Below, piece by piece: positions 54,829 through 64,000 of a DNA stretch of 64,000 nt (position 1 is the stretch's first letter; each line of letters begins with the position of its first letter). This DNA is from the human T2T-CHM13v2.0 reference genome, Homo sapiens. A model generated the notes under the pieces. It was not told where the DNA came from, did no database searches, and worked only from the letters and a program-made list of their open reading frames with translations. The DNA lies in the NCBI RefSeq assembly GCF_009914755.1, contig NC_060937.1; one strand, given 5' to 3'. Made by a program: the position numbers and the translations under genes.

Positions 54829-57094
54829 ACCATATTATCCAGCAATCCCACTACTGGCTATATATCCAAAGAAAATGAAATCAGTGTGTCGAAGAGATAT
54901 CTCCATTCCCATTGTTTTGTTTTGGTTTTGGTTTTTTGCAGCACTTTCTACAAATAACCAAGACACCAAATTAACCTTGTCTATCAGCAGATGAATGAAT
55001 AAAGAAAATATGAAAATATGGTACATATCCACAATGGAGTACTATTCAGCCAAAAAAAGGAATAAAAATCTTGTCATTCACAGCAGCATAGATAAGCCTG
55101 GAAGGCATTATGTTAAGTAAAATAAGGCACAGAGAGATAAAATACCACCACTTCTCACTCATATGTGAAAACTAAAGAAGTTAATCTCCTAGAAGAAGAG
55201 GGTAAATATTAAAAGCTGGGAACTGAGAGGGGAAGGGTTAGAGGGAGAGGTTGGTTAAAGTATACAAAATTTCAGCTAGCCAGGAGGAATACATTCTAGC
55301 ATTCTATAGAACTTTATGGTGACTACAGTTAACAACTTACCATATATTTTTAAATAGCTAGAAAAAGGAAGTTTGAATCTTCTTAACACAAATAAATGAT
55401 AAATGTTCAAGGTGGTAAATTTGCTAATTATACTGATTTGATGTTACAATAATTTAAAAAGATAAAAATATGCATGCTTTTTAATGTATTTCTACAAAGA
55501 GAGTGCCACGCCAATTTTATGATTGCTACTTACCATAAGAATTAACTAACAAAAAGCTATGTGGAAGATCATTTCTTTCCTCAAAAATCAGAAGCTATCA
55601 TGAAACAGGGCCAGTAATCTTACTTTAATGAAATGGAGAGTCTAATCCACTACATTTTGTAAAGATGTTAAATCAGAGAAAGCAATAAAATGTGTTCCCA
55701 TATCAATAAAATGCAATTCTTTATGTTCTTATTATGTAAAACAATAAGCCAGGCTCCCTGAAGAAGACAGTGTCTTGTCTGATTGCGTTTTTCATGAGCA
55801 CCTTACAGTCTATTTCATATGCAGTTAGTGAATAAACAGGGCTGTTTATGAAAAATTCTGTTCATGATGCCAGTAGATTGCATCTGAGGCATTTTCAGTG
55901 GTAAAACAATTTGCACTGCAGATATATGTTTATGGGAAATTAGCGGAATGGTAGAGCTTAATGCATAAAAGTGGAGAATTAATGTAAAATAAGTAGGGGT
56001 ACTGAAGCCACACTTTCTAGTAATCCTTTTAAATCTGTATTTCATCCAGAAAGCTTTTATTTTAAAACCAATTTAAAAAGTCAATAATTATTAAATATGC
56101 AGAGACATTTGTGTGCTTCCTGCTTTGTAGCATTTTATTTGACATGCTTCCAAATTAGGCTATTAGTGTTTTGTTTGTTTGTTTGTTTGTTGCATCTATA
56201 GGGATCTGGGTGATGTTGAAACCTATTACACTGGACTCCCAGAAGGTAGTGCTTTTCCTACGCTCATAGAGAGGTTGTGTGACAGCATAACCAACCCTAT
56301 TCCTTGACTGGGCCCTTGAGGAACCAAATGAAGAGCAAGCTCTCTGCTGCCAGGGTTTCCCAATGCCAGAATTCCACCATCACTGCCCTGGTCCCTCCTA
56401 CCATCTGGCCCAGTCATTAAACCTATGCCTGCCCTTTCCAGGATATTTATTTCCTTTTCTCTTCTCTGCTAGGAGAGCCCCGCATGTGGGCTGCAGTCTC
56501 CCTCGCTGCTTCCTCTTGGATGGATTTCATTTTGCCTGCTTCCCACCTTGACATTTTGACAAACCAGCAATGGCCCAGAATTGTTCCTATGCTCTTTTCC
56601 CTGAGCTCATGCCCACCCCTGTGATTGATAGGACTGGCTTTTAGCTTGGCAAGGTGATCCTTTTTTAAGGGCATGTCCAGAGGGAGCACATAGTGACCTC
56701 ACTCTGGCCAGGACATTGCTGGGTACAGAATATAACTCCTTGGTGTTTGGCCTCCTGAGTCACTCATTCATTACATAAAGTCTTTATCTTCGTGCATATC
56801 CTGGAACAATACTCTTAAATAAATACTCTCGGAGGCATTTTACTCCATGGCTATTTACTTTGCATTTCCATGATCTCAATGGAACACAGAAAGGGAGGAG
56901 GTAGAAGGCTTGGCAAACAATCATTTGCCACCATCTACGCACAAGGGGACAAGTGCGAAGGATATTGTTTTGTTTAAGAGAGAGACACGTCATTGACTTG
57001 ACATAATCCATCTGTGTTCGGACCAGAGTGGATTAGAAAATTCCACTTGGCAAAGCATGCTAGATAACCTCTATCTTGAGAGAACAGAGGCAAT

Positions 57095-57290
57095 TTGGGT
57101 TTGGAGTTAAAAGTCCTGGTTTCATTTCCCAGCTTATCCCCCTTAGCCTTGAGACCTTGGGCAAGTCCTTGAACTTTTCTGAGTCTCAGTTACATTCCAC
57201 CATCAAGAAATAATAATGGGCCTCCCATCTACTCCTTCAGATTGCTTTGAGTTAAAATGAGATAATGTCCCCTGAATGCTAAAGTGTGAA
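57095..57290 (+). mobile_element. MIR/MIRc
   Basis: 'gtcctggtttcatttcccagct...gagaccttgggcaagtccttgaacttttctgagtctcagtt...aaatgagataatg'. Confidence 0.75.
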
Positions 57291-58048
57291 AAATCTGAAG
57301 AAAAAAATATAAAGCCATGAATTAGCAGCCTGCTCTTAAAATGATTACTAATGTTGGTCATTATTACTAGCTTCAGCATCATCATATATGATTGTTTGAT
57401 TTTTAAAAAACCTGATGAGATTAAAACTTATTTTGAAAGGATGTTAAGTCCACAGATAAAAATGCACTGGGCTATCAAAATTTTAGACCCACCGACATTT
57501 ATCGGTGAGATCTTACCTGCCCCTTTTATCTACCTCTTCCTCCTATTTATCCTTCTCAATTCACTATGAACAGAAAGATCTGCCCTCAACAAATAAATAC
57601 AGATTCCCATGAAAACCTGCCAAAAGGAAAACCAAAAGAGGAAGAGGATATAAGATTTCTCAAGGTTCACTGTGTTTATTTCCAGTTAAGCCAACCTGAC
57701 TCCATTCATGCCCTGAGACAGCATGTGCTTATTTTTACAACAATTGCCAGTCCATAGGCCATCCCAAAGGGCTGCTGGATGTCTTCCCAGGAACCCAGTG
57801 GAGGGGCAATCTGTTTTTTATTTCATTTTTAGAAAGTGGGAAGGATCCAGCCATTGGCTGCCCCCAGAATCTTGCTGGACTGGCCCATGACTGGGACAGG
57901 CTGGAGACAGTTACACAAGTCCAGTCATAAGCAGGCTTCTCAAAATCTGACAGAGAACGAGAGCTACACACCTGGCCACTCTGTAGGTATTGGTACCCAC
58001 CCCTTTCTCTTTACTCACGTAGGTAGACAACTACATGATATAAGATGT

Positions 58049-58414
58049 TGATGTGGTTTGGCTCTGTGTCCCCACTCAAATCTCATCTCAAATTGTAATC
58101 CCCATGAGTTGACGGAGGGACCTGGTGGGAGGTGACTGGATCATGGGGGTGGGTTTCCTCCATGCTGTTCTCATGACAGTGAGTGAGTGAGTTCTCATGA
58201 GATCTGATGGTTTAAAACTGGCACTTCCCACCTTGCTCTTTCTCTCCCCTCCCTCCATGCCAGATAGGCACCAGCAATACTTCTCCGAGGAGTGTGCTTC
58301 CCATTCAGCAATGATTGTGAGTTTCCTGAGGCCTCCCCAGCCAAGTGGAACTGTGAGTCCATTAAACCTCTTTTCTAAGTTACTTATATATAAGTGTGAA
58401 AATGGACTAATACA
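58049..58414 (+). mobile_element. THE1D/MSTA-like MaLR solo LTR
   Basis: Runs from 'tgatgtggtttggctctgtgtcccc' to 'gtgtgaaaatggactaataca'; TSD gatgt / gctgt. Confidence 0.92.
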
Positions 58415-60281
58415 GCTGTCTTTTAAAAACTACAAACATAGGAACTCAAATGCTTTCAACCTAATTCACCAAAGGCAATGTAATCACCTGGTAGACCATG
58501 CCTTTAATTCAGTTGTCCTTCCACTGTTCAAAACATCCTTGGAACTCATTTTTTAAAAATTATCTTCAGAGAATGTAGCATCTTCTGGATATCCTGAATG
58601 CATGAAGTTTTCAAACTTTTAGTGTAAGTATGATTTTTGAAAGCAGTTAAAGACCGTGATGCTAGTGTAGTAAATGTGGTCAGGTCTAAAGCTAAATACA
58701 ATTTGTTCATAGTGTTAAAGGAAGTGCAATCATAAAGTCAAGGGATATTTTTGGAAGTGATTATAAAAATGGCTCTGAATGGAGCTAGATTTTACTGATG
58801 GCAGCATCCTCAGGGATAACTGAATGGCTTCCCAAAGTAAACTTTTGAGGGGGCCAAAAATTTAACTCTGTTACTTTACTCTGTAGTTGTCATGCATTTT
58901 ATGAGATGCTGACACTTACCCTTTCCATAATAGATACTGGTAAAATAGCCTCTTCCCAGCTGCAACCTCTACCACCACCAAGTTTACAGTATGCATAGAA
59001 ATGGTATGGGGTTGCTGAAGAAAGAAAGGAAACAAATTCATGCTCAAGTAGAGCAACTTCTTACACCTCTAGCAGAGAAATGATAAGGCTTCTGAGACCA
59101 TCATGAGGAAGGGATGGAGCCCAGAAATGTCTTTCTACAGTGCACCCTAGTTCCACCCACTGGACCCCCGCAGTGGATCAGCATACTCCTCAGAGAGCTA
59201 TTGCTGGTGCCCATCTGGCATGCTGATTAAAAAGCAATACGTACGCCATGATGTCTTTGGAACCATTGTCTGATGTGGAGGGGAACTGTGTCAATAAATC
59301 ATGATAACAGTTAATTCAAGTAATAAATACTTTTATGGTTGAATATTATATTATTTGTTTTTAAGTCTGGCTGATATCTATTATAATGAGATTTTCCTTT
59401 ACTATTCCATTTCATTATAATTGACAGTATTTGTGTGAAATATTGAGGGAGCTCTGATAGCCACATTCAAAAATATAGTCAAGGTCTGTCATGGGGCATC
59501 CCATCTAAGACAGAGCCCTCGGGGACAAGCCACAAGGGCGCATACTGAAACAGAACCCTGGGGAACGCCTGAGCTAATATCAAATCATAAGACAAGAAGC
59601 AAACTTATGTTCAATAAAATTTGATGGGGGCATCTTGAGAGACAATGGTAAGGTCTTGAGGTTGCTGTTTAAACAGTATGGAAATGGATAAGAAATCACT
59701 GCCTCAGATTTGGTTGGTAGCCAATAAAGGCTTAGGGATTAGCAAAAAGTTAGAAACTATTGAAAATAATGAAAAGATAGGATCTAGCCTTCACCATCTC
59801 TATACAAAATAAATTAATTTAAATTAGTACAATCCTAGGAGGTCCTTCCCATCAACTACGATCATGAGCAAGCAAATAGTTAAAATGGAACTATGTGTTG
59901 TTTCACGTAAAGAAAAAGGCTTGAGTTTTTGGTAACAGTTCTACCTGTAAAATAGTAAAGCTGTAGATACCTATAGCATTGATGATGGCAGGGGGGAGAT
60001 GATATTATGTCAGTGACAGCGAGCCAAGCCCCATCTAAAAGAAAGGTAAGCTGGGAGTTTTACTTAAAAAGCCTACCTAAATTGACAGCTCTCACAGAAT
60101 GCACTGGAATTTGGGGGTAAAGATAGAATCTTCCCTCAGGTTTGAAAAACAAGCTCTTATTCACATTTTCTATTTTCCCATTGACATGAAAATTGCCTAA
60201 GAAAAGTAGACGAGATCCCAGGGGCACACTGCTTTTCAACTTGAATCTTTGCCTTCCCTTTTCATTTTTTACTTACAGTGA

Positions 60282-60324
60282 GTACATGCATGTATGCATG
60301 CACATGTGTATGTGTGTGTACACG
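60282..60324. repeat. Alternating purine-pyrimidine tract
   Basis: gtacatgcatgtatgcatgcacatgtgtatgtgtgtgtacacg. Confidence 0.8.
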
Positions 60325-60924
60325 TTTGTGGGGGCGGGGAGGTTGTCCATGGAGATTTTCTCTTAAAGGAAAGCCTATTTCCCTCAGCGGTAGGAAAATT
60401 GAAGCCTGCACCCTCCTAATACAAGACCTACTCTTTTCTTTAAAACATAGAAGACTTATCTTTTGAAATGGGGTAGCCGCTTAAGGAATAGATAAATTCC
60501 CTGCGATATTTACTCCCAGAAAGAAAAAAATAGTATAAAGAATAATTTTAATACTTGGGTCACTGAGATTTTGGAATGAGCCTCAGGCTGTTTCAGAGAG
60601 AAGTCTGTGTATTCAGGTTGCATGGAGAGCTGTGTTTATTTGGAAAGGCAAATTATATATGATATACTTGGTGTTATTCAGTGTGCAAAATGCTACAAAA
60701 GCCTACTGTATGCATACTTACTTGTTATACCCACATTTCATTAAACCTCACAGACATTGTTACCCATAGTTCACACTCTGGACTGCCAAGGGGTTACCAC
60801 CCATTTCCTAATATACCAAAGATACCCCAAAAGAGATATGACGGGCAGATGTAACCCTCTTTTTCAACTACTATGGCATCTTTAAGCATTTAAACTACTA
60901 TCACATCTCTAAGTATTTAGGGAG

Positions 60925-61466
60925 TGTGATTATTAATGTTGTACCTCAACTTGACTGGGCCATGGGGTGCCCAGACGTTTGATCAGACATTCCTCTGGGT
61001 GTTTGCCTGCCAGGGTATTATTGGAAGAAACTTGCATTTGCATCAGGAGACTGAGTACGGTAGATTGCCCTCCCTAATGTGGGTCGGCGTTGTCCAATCA
61101 GTTGACAGCCTGGATAGAACAAAATGGCACAGTAAGAGAGAGCTCCTCCTGTTTGACTGCTGAGTTGGGACATCAGTCATTTCTGAACTTCAGACTAGGA
61201 CTGAAATATCAACTTTTGTTGGGTCTCGAGCCTGCCAGCTTTCAGACTGGACCTTACACCAGTGGCTCCCCTGTTCTCAGGCTTTCAGACCTGGACTGGA
61301 ACCACATGTGGACTCTCTTGTTCTGCCAATTGCAGAACTTGAGGCCTCTTGGGCTCCATATCACATGAGCTAATTCCCGATAATAAATATGTGTGTGTGC
61401 ATGTGTGTATGTGTGTGTGTGTTTGTCTTGTTGGTTCTGGTTCTCTAGAGAACCCTGACTAATATA
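60925..61466 (+). mobile_element. MLT2 (MLT2D-like) ERVL solo LTR with internal (TG)n
   Basis: Runs from 'tgtgattattaat...tcaacttgactgggccatggggtgcccaga' to 'ggttctctagagaaccctgactaatata'; TSD gggag / ggaag. Confidence 0.9.
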
Positions 61467-61581
61467 GGAAGTAAGGGGTAAAACTAAGATACATTTCCTT
61501 AGTTATAAAATGAAAAAAATAAGCTAAATCATATAATTATTTTGATGCTTACATGAGATGTTACATTTCTTGTTAGATACT

Positions 61582-61994
61582 TGTATTAGTCTATTCTCAC
61601 ATTGCTATAAATAAATACCTGAGACTGGGTAATTCACAAAGGAAGGAGGTTTAATTGTCCCGTGGTTCTGCAGGCTATACAGGAAGCATGGTGCTGGCAT
61701 CTGCTCAGCTTCTTGGGAGGCTTCAGGATCTTACAATCATGGCAGAAGACAAAGAGGAAACAGGCACATCACATGGCCAGAGCAGGAGCAAGAAAGAGAG
61801 AGGGAAGTGCCACACATGTTTAAACAGCCAGATCTCATGAGGACTCACTGTACAGTACCAAAGAAGGATGGTGCTAAATCATTTAAGAAAATCCGCCCCC
61901 ATGATCGAATCACCTCTCACCAGGTCCCACCTCCAACACTGGGGATTTAATTGAACATGAGATTTGGGTGAGGACACAGATCCAAACCATATCA
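61582..61994 (-). mobile_element. MSTA-like MaLR solo LTR
   Basis: 'tgtattagtctattctcacattgctata...gcaggctatacaggaagcatggtgctggcatctgct...cacagatccaaaccatatca'; TSD atact / gtact. Confidence 0.93.
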
Positions 61995-62129
61995 GTACTC
62001 CACACTGTGTTAGGTGTAAAGAAAACCTAACCAGTGGTTCCCCAACCACCTTCTCCCAACACCACATGTTCATCACCACAAACTTTCTTTCTGTCCTTAG
62101 ATCTGCCACCCACCAAAGGAAGAGCAGTA

Positions 62130-62450
62130 CAGTCTTCACTCAGTATTTGCAGGGGATTGGTTTCAGGACCCCCAAAGATACCAAAATCCATTGATGCTCA
62201 AATCAATGAAATAAAATCATGTAGTGTTTACATATAACCCACTGCACATTCTCTCGTATACTTTAAATCATCTGTAGATTATTTATAATACCTAATAAAG
62301 GTAAATGCTATACAAATATTTGTTGTGGTGTATTTTTTTGTATCAGTTTTCATTGTTGTACTTTTTATTTTTTAATTGTTTTTCTTGAATTTTTCAATCT
62401 ATGGTTGTTGAATCTACCGATGCATAACTGCGGATATGGAAGGCTGACTG
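62130..62450. mobile_element. MER2 (TcMar-Tigger)
   Basis: CAGTC...GACTG termini flanked by TA; 'ggggattggtttcaggaccccc..agataccaaaatcca' and 'ctttaaatcatctgtagattatttataatacctaata'. Confidence 0.9.
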
Positions 62451-63062
62451 TATTAAAGAATATTAAGAAATGAGAGAAAACAGGATACCATGATCAGTAG
62501 GGGACATCTTGATGAATGTCAGAGAGATGCCAAAGAAAGGTTCTCTTTTCCTGATTCTTGTTGATTCCATTTTTAATAATAAATCACAGTAATATACACA
62601 AAGGCCATTTATACACACGTACATAGTGTATCAGTCTAATACAGAATCATTTTCTTTCATTGTTCCAGAGCAGTTCTGAAACAGGCTTTTCCCAGTTCAT
62701 AGCCCACATGCAGGGTCACCATCAATGCTTCCCAGGATTTGGGAGATGCTGGTTTTCTTCTGAAGATTTCTCATTTTTTTTCTGAACACCCTTTCTGGTA
62801 GTCCCTGATTGGGCCTGGGGCAAGGGTTCCAATGAACATCAAAGCAATTTCAAGACCTTCTTAGTAAATATACGTTATCATCAATACCAATGAGCTCTTA
62901 CTTACAGGAGTATGTTCTTGTTTAAGGATGGAGTAAGTACCTACACAGAAGGCATATAAGAAGAAAGCAAGGAAGAACAGAACAACTTGAAAGAACAAAA
63001 AGGAGATGCAGAAGGTGTTTGGGGGTTGGGAGGGGTCAACTGGAAGATTAAATAAATATTCT

Positions 63063-63369
<307 letters not shown>

Positions 63370-64000
63370 TAAATAAATATTCTGCTACTGTAGATGAAGG
63401 AGTGGTTGTTAAGATGAGCCACTGGCTTTCACATTATGCCTTCTCTCCTTTTTTAAATGTTCCTATGTCTACACATTAACAGCCAATTTGTATTTTAGTG
63501 CATTCAATTTAATCTCCCAACATGAACATCAATCATCAATATGCTACACCTCACTCTATAACCAAATCAACCGGGGTAAAAAAAAAAAAGTCAATTTACT
63601 GCCAATAATATAAGGATCAGAGTCATGGTTAAAACTCAAGATCTGCAAATAAGGGCTGTGACCACTACCTAAAGGACATTCTTTATGCACCTGTACGACA
63701 TTAGGGCTGTCAGGTGCCTCACCTGACAGGTACAGCCACACCTGTACCCAGGAATTAATCCGTGTCCAAGGTATCATTTTTCAGTGCCAGAATTAGTTCG
63801 TCTATAAGACTGAATGTGTGATGCCTACAGATCTCTCTTACCAGAATAGTACTTTTGTCATTGATACGTGAAGTATAAATACAAATGTGTGGCGTGGCTG
63901 GCATTGGTTTATTGATTTTGGATGGTTCTAGCTCCTTCGGAGGTCATTTCCTGAGTAATCCCATCTGGAAAATGTAATTTGCCATTCACTAGTCACCACA

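Larger units (their letters stand above)
53430..55470 (+). mobile_element. L1MA2/3-like 3' portion (end of ORF2 plus 3' UTR), interrupted by MLT2A
   Basis: 'tggtactggcataaaaacagacacatagaccaa', 'gacaaatgggattacatcaaactaaaaag', and 3' UTR 'cagctagccaggaggaata...gctaattatactgatttgat'. Confidence 0.9.

Overview
Primate (very probably human) non-coding genomic DNA. A large part of the window is interspersed repeat: 12 Alu copies (10 on the - strand), a near full-length but decayed ~7 kb L1MA4/5-like LINE-1 (33560-40540), several shorter L1 fragments, solo LTRs of the ERVL/MaLR classes (MLT1D, THE1, MST, MLT2), DNA-transposon fossils (MADE1, MER2 x2, MER30, MER5), and many L2/MIR remnants. I cannot support any host protein-coding gene, RNA gene or CRISPR array. 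The supplied ORFs are chance ORFs, Alu/LTR read-throughs, or broken L1 ORF1/ORF2 pieces. I found no convincing novel biological system. The most noteworthy structures are: a 24-unit, 34-bp hairpin-containing minisatellite (49462-50265) next to a candidate + strand exon and TATA box; a MADE1 hairpin with two compensatory base-pair changes; a CpG-dense patch inside an ancient AT-rich L1; a palindrome plus 27-bp array replacing an L1PA poly(A) end; and several template-switch or duplication scars. Repeat subfamily names come from my recall of consensus sequences, not from a database search.
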